From NCBI GenBank assembly GCA_963827655.1, contig CAWHCF010000007.1:1-64000 (forward strand): DNA of 64,000 nucleotides. Reading direction: 5' to 3'. Both the position numbers and the translations under genes were made by a program. Positions 9,671 through 20,842 of the stretch are shown one piece after another. Source of the DNA: an uncultured Acidobacteriota bacterium. Lineage in GTDB: Bacteria > Acidobacteriota > UBA6911. Each line of letters begins with the position of its first letter. Positions within the stretch are counted from its first letter, which is position 1. Under the pieces are notes generated by a model. That model saw only the letters and a program-made list of their open reading frames with translations. It searched no databases and was not told the origin of the DNA.

Positions 9671-10546
9671 TTATCGCCCGATAGCCTTCTTTATCGCCGC
9701 TACTGTGGCGGCCGCCCGGTATTCCACTCCCTTCTTGCCGATGGCGATCGTCTTCTCGGCAGGCGCCATGTTTACGCCGTTGATCGAGAACTTCCCTTTC
9801 GCCATCCGCTGGCGCATCCGTACCGTATTGGGATCAACCGTCATCATGATGGATGAGATACCGAAATCGTCGTGATGTCCCTCGTCGACTTGCGGGAAGC
9901 CCTGGGTCGCGAGCCACTTCTGCAAACCGGGATAGTCATAGTACTCGGGAATAAAATGGATCCTGGCCCCTCCGCCGGTCCACTTCGACGACAGCTCGGC
10001 GGCGACCTCCTTCATACCCTCCTGATTGCCGCCGCTGTCACCGATGAAGACGATGTGCTTGAATCCGTTGGCACGCAGACTGGCGGCTACATCGGTCAGC
10101 AGCCGCTTGTACGTATCCTGCTGCAGGCTGATGGTTCCCGGATAGCGCATGTGGCTGCTCGGCGGATCGATATTGCCTTCGGGCACGAAGGCAATTATAG
10201 GCGCCACGAGCGCATTTCCGAGTTTGCGCGCAATGGCCTCGGTGGTGGCGCGAAGGACATAATTGTGTTTGCCGGTGGCAAGGTACGGACCGTTCATTTC
10301 CATCCCGCCGGTTGCAACAATGACCGTGTCCTTGCCAGCCTTGATCGCGTCACGCACTTCCAGCCAGGTCAACTCTTCGATGAAGACCGAATCATAGGCA
10401 TCGATCGGGCGCGGCATGTTGGGATCCGGAGATGTAGCCGAGGGCGAAGCACTCACCGGAGCAGCCTGAGGGGTCTGCGCCGCCGCGACGGACGCGAGCA
10501 GGAAAGAGCAAGTTAACACGGTTAACCCAAGTCGATAGGAATACAT
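9671..10546 (-). CDS. Creatininase/creatinine amidohydrolase family protein, exported
   Basis: EELTWLEVRDA, TGGME.NGPYL..GKH, GDSGGN motifs; signal peptide; GGAGG RBS. Confidence 0.85.
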   Translation of the reverse strand: MYSYRLGLTVLTCSFLLASVAAAQTPQAAPVSASPSATSPDPNMPRPIDAYDSVFIEELTWLEVRDAIKAGKDTVIVATGGMEMNGPYLATGKHNYVLRATTEAIARKLGNALVAPIIAFVPEGNIDPPSSHMRYPGTISLQQDTYKRLLTDVAASLRANGFKHIVFIGDSGGNQEGMKEVAAELSSKWTGGGARIHFIPEYYDYPGLQKWLATQGFPQVDEGHHDDFGISSIMMTVDPNTVRMRQRMAKGKFSINGVNMAPAEKTIAIGKKGVEYRAAATVAAIKKAIGR

Positions 10547-10621
10547 TGTCACCTCCTGAATTTTGCAGCTGTTGCCATACTGCGAACAAAATCAAAATCC
10601 GAACGTGTTGAGAAACGAAGA

Positions 10622-11236
10622 TCATTTCGGCGGCTTGCCGACCCGCGCGATCGTCAGCTTCCGGATTATAACGTCCTGCACCGGCCTGCGCCCCGAGACT
10701 GGAACTTCGGAGATCTTTTTGACCACGTCGTATCCCTCAACCACCTTGCCGAAGATCGTGTGCTTACGGCTCAGATGGGGAGCGGGTGCGACGGTGATGA
10801 AAAACTGAGTGCGGTTCGTATTGGGTCCGTTGTTTGCCATGGCCAGAAAACCCTCCCGGTCGAACGTGACAGTGGGAACAATTTCGTCCTGGAAAGGGGG
10901 AATGGCCGTGAAGTTTCCCGTCCGGGTCACGTCACCTGCCTGGATCGCGAACCCCTTGATGACACGGTGAAAGGTGACGCCGTCATAGTATGGCTTCTTC
11001 ACGAAGTCGCCCTTGGGAGTCATCCACTCCTTCGTCCCTTCCGTCAGCCCGATGAAGTTGGCCACTGTAACCGGAGTAAGCTTCTCGAAGAGTTCGCAGA
11101 CGAATAGACCCATCGAAGTGTCGAAGAGCGCGTAGGTACCGGGCTTGCGGACCGGCTGGGCACTGGCCGGATTCCCTGGCCTCGCCGCCGGGAAACATAC
11201 GAGCGCGAGCGCGCACAGCAGTCTGACGACCTTCAT
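10622..11236 (-). CDS. Cyclophilin-type peptidyl-prolyl cis-trans isomerase, exported
   Basis: TPVTVANF, FHRVIKGF.IQ.GD, LAMANNGPNTN.TQFFIT, KHTIFGKV. Confidence 0.95.
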   Translation of the reverse strand: MKVVRLLCALALVCFPAARPGNPASAQPVRKPGTYALFDTSMGLFVCELFEKLTPVTVANFIGLTEGTKEWMTPKGDFVKKPYYDGVTFHRVIKGFAIQAGDVTRTGNFTAIPPFQDEIVPTVTFDREGFLAMANNGPNTNRTQFFITVAPAPHLSRKHTIFGKVVEGYDVVKKISEVPVSGRRPVQDVIIRKLTIARVGKPPK

Positions 11237-11334
11237 ATCGATCTCCGTGCCGCCTCAGAAGCGGCCACGTCGCCGCCATTATATCGAGTCCTGATTGCCA
11301 CAACAGGGTAAACGGTGGTACAAACGGACTGCGG

Positions 11335-11394
11335 CGGAACAAAAACCAACCACCAAGACAAGACACGAAGAAACGCTAAGAACCTTGTCGAAAA
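11335..11394 (+). repeat. Copy of dispersed octamer-periodic repeat
   Basis: accaccaagacaagacacgaagaaacgctaagaaccttgtcgaaaa; tail nearly identical to 50971-51025. Confidence 0.75.
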
Positions 11395-11419
11395 TAACAA
11401 CAAAGTGCCGACCAATAAA

Positions 11420-12633
11420 ATGAGATTTGATCGCCGCGAGTTCCTTTGCGCATCCGGTCAAGGGCTGGCCGCCCTTGCGCTGTCGGCGCTCGATGCCGGC
11501 GCCTGGACGCAGACAGCCGGGCTTGAAGATCCGGCGCGTCGACCCGTACGTCCTGCGCATCGGCTCGCGCTCGGACATCGTGTGCGCTCGCGTCGAGACT
11601 GAGGACGGAATCCACGGCTGGGGCGAAGGAACAACGCCCCCCAACCTGGCGCCGGTGGTGGCGCAGATCCGCTCGTTTAACACAGCTGCTGGCCGGTGAA
11701 AGCGCCTGGGACATCGAGCGGCTCTGGCGCCGGATGTATATCGTCGAAGAGAATACTCTCGGCGGCACCCTCTACGCGGCCATCAGCGCGATCGACATCG
11801 CTCTCTGGGATATCGTCGGCAAGAAGCTGGGAGTCCCGGTATACAAGCTGCTGGGCGGGAAGGTGCACCCGCGCCTGCGACTCTATGCCAGCTATCGCTG
11901 GGGCAACATCCCGCGGACGGCCGACGCCTACGCGCGCGCGACCCGCGAGCTCATCGCGATGGGATTCACCGCCGGGAAGTACGATCCCTTCGGCTCCTAC
12001 CCCGGGCCCGATCGGCAGCTGCCCACGGCCACTCTGAACGAAGTGCGGGAGATGATCCGGGGCATTCGCGAAGGGGGGCCGCAGTTCGACATCTGCGTCG
12101 AGGCGCACGGGAAGTTCAATGTCGCCTCGGCCGGCAGGATCATCAAGATGCTCGAGCCTTTCGACCCGTTCTTTCTGGAAGAACCGGTGCCGCCGGAAAA
12201 CGGCGACGCGATGGCGGCGTTACAGCACTCGACCAACATCCCGATTGCTACCGGGGAGGGGCTGCAATCACATTTCAATTTCCGCGAGGTCCTGGTCAAA
12301 CAGGCCGCGCGCATCCTTCAGCCCGACGTCGCCCGCACCGGCGGGATAACCGCGATGAAAAAGATCGCGGCGATGGCCGACGCGCACTACGTCACGATCG
12401 CGCCGCACAATCCCAACGGGCCGGTTTGTACGGCGGCCAGCATGCACCTGGCCGCATCGATTCCGAACTTTCTGATCATGGAGGAAGGAAACAAAGAGAC
12501 CGCCCAGTACAAGGACGTCTTCGTCGGAGGCTGGAACCAGAAGCTCGACTACTGGGAGGTTCCCGAGGCTCCGGGCCTGGGGGTGGACTTTACTCCGGAG
12601 TTCCTGCGAGAGCATCAAGTGAAGCTCGACTGA
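11420..12633 (+). CDS. Mandelate racemase/muconate-lactonizing enzyme family (galactonate dehydratase-like), Tat signal; two apparent +1 frameshifts
   Basis: MRFDRREFL Tat peptide (11420), GWGE (frame of 11427 ORF), SAIDIALWDI.GK, EEP, GE, PHNP (11734 ORF); frames join by removing one base near 11520 and one near 11681. Confidence 0.8.
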
Positions 12634-12652
12634 CCAGCCTGAGAGGAGAGAA

Positions 12653-13243
12653 GTGTTCTCGAAGATCATCCGCCGCACCCATATGTACCTGGCGTTGTTT
12701 CTGACCCCTTGGATGGTGATGTATGCGCTGAGCACCATGGCGATGAACCATCGCGAATGGCTCCGAAGGGGCTCCGGCCAGGCCGTGGCTCAATTCGAAA
12801 AAGAAAGAGAGGAGCCCTATCAGACGTCTTTCGCGCCGGACGCGCCGCCCCAGGAGATCGGCGAAAAAATCCTCCGGGACGCGAGCCTGGAGGGTGCGTT
12901 CAACGCGCGCAAGGATTCGGCCGGCGTCGTCACTATCGTGCGCCAGGATCCGGTCACGCCCCGGAGGCTCACCTACTCGCCCGCCGAGTCGAAGCTCGTG
13001 ATCGAGAAAGAGCCTTTCCGGTGGCCGGCCTTCCTTGAACGCATGCATCGCCGCCGCGGTTACCAGCACGCCGCGCTCGACGACAGCTGGGCAGTTTCGG
13101 TCGATCTCGTGATCGCGGCCATGATCTTCTGGGTCCTGTCCGGCCTCTGGATGTGGTGGGAAATGCCGGCGACCTGGCGTCTGGGCGCCGTGTTCGGGGG
13201 CGGCGGGTTGGCCCTTTTCGCCCTGTTCCTGTTCACGATCTGA
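12653..13243 (+). CDS. PepSY-associated TM helix domain membrane protein
   Basis: RRTHMYLAL N-terminal helix, conserved internal His (RMHRRRG), SGLWMWW C-terminal TM. Confidence 0.75.
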   Translation: MFSKIIRRTHMYLALFLTPWMVMYALSTMAMNHREWLRRGSGQAVAQFEKEREEPYQTSFAPDAPPQEIGEKILRDASLEGAFNARKDSAGVVTIVRQDPVTPRRLTYSPAESKLVIEKEPFRWPAFLERMHRRRGYQHAALDDSWAVSVDLVIAAMIFWVLSGLWMWWEMPATWRLGAVFGGGGLALFALFLFTI

Positions 13244-13246
13244 GCT

Positions 13247-13843
13247 ATGCGATTCAATCTCTTCGTCCGGCGTCTGCATCTGTACCTTGCGCTGTCGCTG
13301 ATGCCCTGGTTTCTGATCTATGGCGTCAGCTCCATCCCATTTGCCCACAATTCCTGGATCGATCGGTTCTACCGGGACGGGAATCCGACCTGGAAGCTGC
13401 GCTTCGAAAAACCCTACGACATTGCGATTCCTGAAGGGGCCGATCTACGCGAGATCGGCGCGCGAATCAAGCAAGACGTGGGGCTCGAGGGCGCGTTCGG
13501 AGCCTATCGCCCCAACCCGAGCGAACTGACCGTCTACGTCCACACCTTCTGGACCGCAAGTCACGCAAGATACTTCCCGGACAAGAAGCTTCTACGGGTG
13601 GAGGACCGGCGCTTCCGCTGGGACCAGTTCCTGACCGGCATGCATGCGCGTGGAGGTTTTCAGGATCGCCAGCCGCTCAACCTCGCCTGGTCGGTCGTGG
13701 TCGACCTGGTCTGCATCGGTTTCCTGCTCTGGATCGCCAGCGGGATTTACATGTGGTGGCAGCTCCCCCAGACGCGGGTTTGGGGCTTTCTCGCGCTGGG
13801 CAGCGGGGCCGCTCTCTTCGCCCTTTTCCTCGTGGGACTCTGA
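13247..13843 (+). CDS. PepSY-associated TM helix domain membrane protein (tandem paralog)
   Basis: RRLHLYLAL, GMHARGG, SGIYMWW; same architecture as the upstream gene. Confidence 0.75.
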   Translation: MRFNLFVRRLHLYLALSLMPWFLIYGVSSIPFAHNSWIDRFYRDGNPTWKLRFEKPYDIAIPEGADLREIGARIKQDVGLEGAFGAYRPNPSELTVYVHTFWTASHARYFPDKKLLRVEDRRFRWDQFLTGMHARGGFQDRQPLNLAWSVVVDLVCIGFLLWIASGIYMWWQLPQTRVWGFLALGSGAALFALFLVGL

Positions 13844-13899
13844 ACCGTCCGCAACACCTACCGCCAAGACGCGAAGACACGAAGAAACGCGAAGCATCT

Positions 13900-16800
13900 T
13901 TAAGGGCTGACTCCGCTGATTCGCTTCAAGAGCTCGCGGGCGGCGCCTGAATCGGGATGGCTCGAGAGCACCTGTTCGACCAGCGCCTTCGCGGCCGCGC
14001 GATTGCCCTTCTTCAAGAGCATCTCGGCTTCGAGCAACAGGGCCGCTGGATTTCTCGGATCGAGACTCTTGGCTTTGTCGATCGACTTCAGGGCAAGCGC
14101 ATCTTCGCCGGTCTTCAAGTAGAAGAGGGCCAGGTTGACGTGACCGGCGGCATCGGTGGGATCAGCCTCGACCGCCTTCAGGAACTCGGCGCCGGCGCGC
14201 TCGGGCCGGCCGGCCTCCATATGACCGATGCCCAGCTCGGTTCTCGCCGAGGCAAGAGACCGGCGTGAAGCGGCATCATCCGGCGCGACGCTGAGCGCAT
14301 GCTCAAGGTACGGGATAGCCGCTTCAGTTTTTTTCTGTTCGAATAGCAGCATCCCAAGATTGGCATGAGCGTCGACCTGGCTCGGTTTAACCCGAAGAGA
14401 GGCGCGAAGCAACTCTTCGGCCCGGCCCAACTCTCCTTCGGCAATCAGCAAGCCGGCAAAGTTATTGTAAAGCTCAAATCCGCTCTGCCCCCGCTTGATG
14501 GCGGCTTCGAAGAGAATTCGAGCTTCGGCGTTCAGTCCCCGTTCCGCCATGGCGGTCGCCAGCTCCGTGTAGTTGCGCCTTGGCTCCGGCGTATACCGCT
14601 TACCGGGAAATGGCAGCGGGGCCCGGTCTCGCGTTGCGGCGTCGGACAGAAGCGACTCTGCAGCAGTGCGTCCCTGGTAGATTTTGATGATCTCGCCCGA
14701 TTCATCGATCAGAAAGCTGGTGGGAAGCGCAAGATCCCGCCGGCGGTCAAAAAGATTCCGATTCAGAATTGTGTAGGCGGCCACGAGGTGATCGTCTGCG
14801 AGCAAGATGGGAAAAGGGAGCGTAATGGTCTCGAGGCGCTTGCGCTCGGCCGGTTCGTCGACCGACGCCGCAAGCACCTGCACTCCAGCGGCCTCGAGTT
14901 TGCCGGCATTGGCGGCGAAGTCCGCTAGTTCTGTTCGGCACGGAGGGCACCAGGTGGCCCAGAAATTGAGCAGCACCTTCTTCCCGCGATACTGGGCCAG
15001 GGAGTGCGTTTTCCCGTCGGCGGAGGGGAGAGAAAACGTGGGCGCAGGCACCGGCTCGCTCAGCCACGTCCCTGGAGTGCGATTCCCTGTCGGAGCTGAT
15101 TTCTCTGCTACAGGCGCATGCTTGGCGGTAATCCGGAATGTTTCCGAGCTTCCCTCGCGAATCCGAACCAATCCGATCTGCGGCAGCTCGTCGAACTTCT
15201 GCTGGAGACCGCTCGGCCACCGAACCTCGAGGGCGAGAACCCGCTCTCCTTTCCGCACACCGAAATGCAGTCGACGACTGGATTGAGAAAGAAAACCCGA
15301 CCCGCTCTGAACAAACCGCGTGCGCCGCCCGCGATCGGTCACCAGCGTGGCTCGCGCGCCAACGGCGTCACGATTGCTCTTGACGCCGATCAGGTCCACG
15401 ATAACGCCGGAGTTGCCGTTGCTCAATCCGTTACGCATGATCCGGACCTGCGGCTCGGTTCTTGATTTCAGCGCGAGGTCCAAAGCCCCGTCGTCATCCA
15501 GATCCAGCGTGACGAACGAGCGCCCGTCCCCTCGGAAGTCCAGGCCGGTTATGAAGGAAACGTCCTGGAATTTTCCGTCTCCCAGGTTCCTGTAGCAGAC
15601 CTTGCGCTCGCGCCCGCTCCAGGAGCCATCGGATCGGATCAAGAGATTGATCGCACGCCATCCGTCTTCGTATTTCCTTGAGAGGCTCGCGCGCTGCGGC
15701 GTTTGCGACACGACCTGTCGCCAGAAGAAGCTTCAAAGGTCGTGGGTATCGGGACCCGTGATGTAGCCGTTCTGGATAAACAGATCGAGGTTTCCATCAT
15801 TGTCGAAGTCGAGAAAGTCGGAGCCCCATGCAAACCGCCCCATCGCTACGCCGGCTTTCTCGGTATCTTCCGTGAATGTGCCATCGCCACGGTTGCGATA
15901 GAGAGAGTTGCCCTGCGCCTGGCGCTGGAACGAGGCGCGGACCTCGCCTGAAGGTGCGACCTGACGGAACTGGCGGTTGTGGGTAAGCCGCAGCCCCGCC
16001 GAAGACCACATGTTGCCGACGTAAAGATCGAGTTTGCCGTCGTTATCGTAGTCGCCCCATGCGGCAGACATTCCTGCGCCAAGATCCTCAACGCCAGTCC
16101 GCGCGGCGACGTCGGTAAAAGTGCCGTCGCCGTTGTTGTGATAGAGATTCTTGCGCCCGAAATCGTTCGCCACGTAAATATCCGGATGCCCGTCACTGTC
16201 GTAATCTCCCCAGGCCGCGGCGAAGCTGTAGCGGTTGTTATTCTGCATCATGCCGGCGCGCTTTGTGGCGTCCTCAAAGGTGCCGTTGCGGCGGTTGCGA
16301 AACAGGAAATTCGGCGGCCCGTTGGCGGCGTCGTAGTATGGCACCGGCGCGTTGTAGTCCCTGCCCGGCTGCCAGAAATCGTAGGAACAGACGTAGAGGT
16401 CCAGATACCCGTCGTTGTCGTAGTCGGCCAGCGCCGCCGAAGTGAGACTGGCGAGGGCGCTTTCGGGAATCTTCAGGCCGGATTGCGGATCGAATTTGAA
16501 ATGGCCCCGGCCGTCGTTCCGGAACAGCAGCGGCTGAGAAGCGGTGATGGCGATGAGGTCCTGGTCGCCGTCGTTCTCGACATCGGCAAACAGGGCTGTG
16601 CGCGTGTCGTCCAGGATATCGATGCCGGCAGAAACCGTAACGTCCGTGAAAGTCGCATCGCCATTGTTGCGGTAGAGACGGTTGGGCAGGCCGGACGGCT
16701 GGCAGATGTACATGTCCTCGAGACCGTCGCCGTCGTAGTCTCCGACCGCAAGTCCGTTGTGGCCGTAGACGTCGATGCCGGTGGCTTCGTCAAGTATGGT

Positions 16801-17385
16801 TCGCCAATGGTCGGTTCCCAGCGCAAGCTGGGCGCGGAAGGAATGGTTCTGACCGATTGCCTTGAGAGTAACGTCGGTGAACTGAGTCGTGGCGCTGCTG
16901 GTTTCAGCGAGAGGGCCAGGACTAAGCTCGCTGAGCGTCCAGTCGCCGTCTGAGTTCAACCAAACGGAATCCCACCGTCCCAGGAGCGACAGCAGCTTTC
17001 CATCGGTGCTTTTGCCTGCCAACTCAATGCGCAGCCCCACTCTGGCGCGCGTCTCTTCCGGACTAGCGCGCTCGCTGCTAGTAATTTTTAGTTCGACGAC
17101 TGACAGGCTTTCAAATCGACGCGCGATTTCATCGAGCCGAGCAAGAGTTGGCTGGCGTTGGCGCAAATTCTGCGCGATCTGGTCAAGCTTGCGGTGGATC
17201 GCCTCGAAATCGCGCTCGCCGATCCAGGCGTCCTTTTCGGGATCCACTCGAGCAAGCAGTTCCTCTATATCCAGCCGGCGCTCGAACTTTGGAGTAACGC
17301 GGTAGTCGTCGTCCTGAGCAAGGGCCAGCGCTGTCAGGATCAGCCAGACGAGTGGGCGCAACCGTAGGAGCATTCCATTTGTCAT
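13900..17385 (-). CDS. Putative selenoprotein: signal peptide, FG-GAP/CRTAC1-like propeller, Sec551, ASPIC/UnbV, AhpC/TSA redoxin (WCPPC), TPR repeats (1161 aa with UGA read-through)
   Basis: ORFs 15733..17385 and 13900..15711 share one frame; only TGA 15735-15733 interrupts ...GPDTHDL*SFFWRQVVSQTP...; many DxDxDG FG-GAP motifs, NRDAVGA/SGSGFLSQ/VRWPSG UnbV motifs, FWATWCPPC, TPRs; SECIS-like hairpin downstream. Confidence 0.8.
15705..15721 (-). promoter_or_regulatory. Putative bacterial SECIS element
   Basis: Minus strand: TGA + 11 nt (AGCTTCTTCTG) + GCGACA-GGTCG-TGTCGC, a perfect 6-bp stem with a G-initiated loop. Confidence 0.75.
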
Positions 17386-17480
17386 TCTTCATTCGTCATT
17401 TGTCATTTTTCATTCAATCGATGTTGTCCGGTATAACCAATGGCAAATGACCAATGACAATTGACCGATGACCAATGAAC
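17378..17480. repeat. Inverted arrays of ~7-bp tandem repeats (TCATTTG / CAATGAC)
   Basis: gtcattcttcattcgtcatttgtcatttttcatt ... aatggcaaatgaccaatgacaattgaccgatgaccaatga. Confidence 0.8.
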
Positions 17481-17484
17481 TGGC

Positions 17485-20400
17485 TCACCACGCCAGCCGA
17501 AGGCTCAGCTGGATCTCCCTTCCCGTGGAGCCGGGGAGCACACCACCGATCGTTCCAAAGTTGCCGCCTCCGCGGAGCGCGTTCGGCTGATCGAACGCAG
17601 GAACGTTCGGAAAGTTGACGATGTCCGTGCGGAAAGTCATCACTAACGTTTCGGTAAGCTTGAAGTGCTTTTGTACCGAAGCGTCAAGGCCGAAAAAGCC
17701 CGGGCCAAGCCCGTTGGTTCGTCCTGAATTGCCAAGCACGCCATCTCCGGGCGCCTGGAAAGCTGTGGTGTCGAAATACTGCCGGATCGTTTCGGCTCGC
17801 GAGCGGCTCGAGGAAAGATTCGGATTCCGGAGCAGGTTGGGCCGTTGCGCATCAGAAAAGGCATTCAAGCGATTCGTCTGTTCGGTTACGCCGTAAGGAG
17901 CGCCCGAGCGGACCTCGAGAATTCCGCCGATCGTCCATCCTCCGGCGATGGCATTAAGGACGCTGTTTTCGATCGACCAGCGCAGCCCCCGCCCGATCGG
18001 AAGATCGTAGAGGCTGCTCCATGCCAGGCGATGCCTGATGTCGCTGCCCGACAGGCCCTTGTCGCGATGGCGCGCCCCGATGTGCTGGTAGCCGTTCCCC
18101 GAGCTTCCCCCCAGCTCGCTGCCTGACTGTACGTCGTCGATGAACTTGGCCCAGGTGTAGTTTCCGAGCAGGCTGAGCCCCGCCGAATACCGCTTTTCCA
18201 CCTTCACATTCATCGAGTGATAACTCGAGTTCCCCCAATCCGGACTGACGTTGAGCACGTTGCCGAATTGCGGGAAAGGACGCAGGGCCTGCGACTGCAG
18301 CGCCGGCCCGCGTTCATCGACAAGCGGGATCTGATTGATGTTCTCGTTCGGGCCTCCCAGCTTATGTCCGACGTTGGCGATATAGGCAATTTCAATCAGG
18401 GCGTTCGCGCGCAGCTCCTTTTGCACGCCAAGGTTCCATTGCTGCGCGTACCCGGCGACGTGGTCATGCTCAATGTAGTCGGGTGAGGTGCGCACGGGAC
18501 GGCCGAGCGGCACGGCGCCGAAGCCTGGCGTAAGGGGTTCGCGCGTGATCGCCGGCATTCCACTGGCGAACAGAAGCGCAGGCGTGAAGCCGCCATCCGG
18601 AGAATCGAACGAGCCGCTTAACGAGAATCCCTGAGCCCACGCATTGGGAACGGCTCCCTGGTAGGGGCCATTATAGGAGACTCCGTAGCCGCCGCGGACA
18701 ACCGTCCCTTTGGTCACCCGATAGGCAAACCCGAAGCGAGGGCCGAAATTGTTCCGGTCGAAGTCGTGGGCGTACTTGCCCACGCCGTCCTGGCCCGCGA
18801 AAGTGATCACGCCGGGCGTTCCCGAGACGGGATTGATCTGGGTCGCATCGAACCCGCTCTGACGATTGTTTTTCTCCCAGCGTGGCGTATCCAGCTCCCA
18901 TCGGAGTCCAATGTTAATGGTCAGGTTGGGAGTGACCTTCCAGTCGTCCTGGAAATAGGTCCCGTAGTAGTCGGTACGCGTCTCCAGTATGTCGGTCTGG
19001 AGCAGGCTTGCGTTGTTCGTCCAGCCAAGCAGCAGAGACGCCAGACCGCTATTCGTGGCTCGGTCGGTAAAGTTGAACAATCCACCGCTCGTCTGTCTGA
19101 AATCATCTTTATTAGAAGAGTAGCGCCATTCAAAGCCCATCTTGAGCGAATGGTTCCCCTTCATCCAAAGCAGGCCGTTGGTGAACTGGTGCGTGAGAAT
19201 CGGGTCCTGAATCCGTTGGTGGGGCGTCTGGCCCAGAGCACTGTGGCCGGTGACTGTCAGACGCGCCAGGTCGGTTGGCTCCACGCCGTCGAGGTTGATC
19301 TGGCCGTTGAGGCCGGAACCGGTGCCGGCGCCACGATTGATGTGCATGCGGTTGCCGTACATGTACTTGAAATCGTTGATCAGGGTTGTGCGGACGGTCC
19401 GCTGCCAGCTTACCACGAGGTTCGCGTGGCGGTTCTCGCGTGTACCCGCGCGTTCGTCGGCAGCCTGCTCTGGCATCACGGCGGCGACTACTTCCGGCGC
19501 GGTCACGTAGGAGAGCCGGGCGAAAGCTCGGTCGTTCGCGCTCAACTGATGATCGACCCGGGCGGTGTGGAAGTCCTGATTGAGCTGGTCGGATCCGTTG
19601 GCGCGGTAATTGTTCGATGGGCGCCCGAGTGGGATCGTCACCCGGCTGATTCGGCGCCGGGTAGAACCCCGCGAAGGCCCTCCCTATGGGATCGATCCGG
19701 CTCTGCGGAATGATGTTGTTGGCGAATGGCGTCGCCGGCGTATTGCCGACTCGAGTCGTGGGGTCCAGGATTCGGACATCGGTGCGGGCCGAGAAATCGC
19801 CGTTCACTTCGGCCGGACGCGGAACGTTTCGGGTAATGGTCACGCCCGTTCGACGCCGTCCGCCTTCGTAGTTGTAAAAAAAGAACGTCTTGTTCTTTAT
19901 TACGGGCCCACCGATGGAAGCTCCGAAGATGTTGAAGCGCAGCGGCGCCTTCTCCGCGGCAAAAAATGTGCGCGCGTTGAGCACGTCGTTGCGCAGCCAT
20001 TCGTAGGCTGAGCCGTGGAATTCGTTGGTTCCCGAACGAGTGGTCATCAAAATAAGACCGCCGCCGGTCCGCCCGAATTCGGCGGAATAGCTGTTGACGA
20101 TCGCCTTGAACTCCTGCAACGCCTCATTGGGAGGATTGAGCGAGAGTTGAGCGACTCCGAGCGCCATGTTTTGAGTAACCCCGCCGTCGAGGTGCCACAT
20201 CTGGTTGAGGGAACGACCGCCGCCCATGGAAAATCTCGGAATCGCCTCGCCTCCGTCCTCGACGCGAAAAGAAACGTTGCCCATCAAGCGAATCAGAGCG
20301 GCGCTACGCCGGCTCTGGATTGGCATATTGAGGATGGCCTTGTTTTCGATCAGCTGGCCAATGGCTCCGCTTTCGGACTCGATGAGCGGCGCCTCGGCCG

Positions 20401-20758
20401 AAACGCTTACGCTCTCGGTGATTTGCCCCAGGGTCAGCTCGATGTTGACGGTCGTCGTGGTGCCGGTCTCGAGCACGAGTCCGGAGCGAGTGAATCGCTT
20501 GAAGCCCGAGAGCTCGCAGGAGAGTTCGTACTGACCCGGATTAAGGAACGCGATCGAGTAGACGCCGCTCTGGTTGGTCAGGCTCGATGTGGTCTGGCCG
20601 GTGTCGACGTTCTTCGCCTCCACCGTAGCGCCCACCACCACGCCCGCGGTGTTATCGGTCACGGTACCGGTTACCCGCGCCTGTCCGAAACCTGCAGCGG
20701 CCATGCACAATAAGACTACAGCACTACCGATGAGTCTGAGCAGGACTCTCGCGTCCAT
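17485..20758 (-). CDS. TonB-dependent receptor with N-terminal carboxypeptidase regulatory-like domain; one apparent +1 frameshift near 19620
   Basis: GTVTD..G.VVGATV, EFK..NSYSAEFGR, QDDWKV..LT.N.GLRWE, NNFGPRFGFAY, C-terminal REIQLSLRLAW; ORFs 19130..20758 and 17485..19641 join at TRAP/SNNY by removing one C from a C run. Confidence 0.88.
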
Positions 20759-20842
20759 GATCTTCGCTCCTGATGTTGAGACGATTTGAAGCTAGCCTTG
20801 AAAATACAGTCGAGCCGAAGGGTTGTCAATAGACCAGAAGAG

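Noticed and set aside
15733-15735. Genome-wide UGA reassignment (genetic code 4/25) as the explanation for the in-frame TGA
   Set aside because: Many complete genes here end in TGA at the expected C-terminus (tpx, enolase, hemN, both TBDRs) and Trp is encoded by TGG.
19600-19640. Programmed ribosomal frameshift in the TBDR (also enolase, DUF1552, DnaJ)
   Set aside because: No slippery heptamer or stimulatory structure seen; the uniform +1 pattern fits sequencing error.
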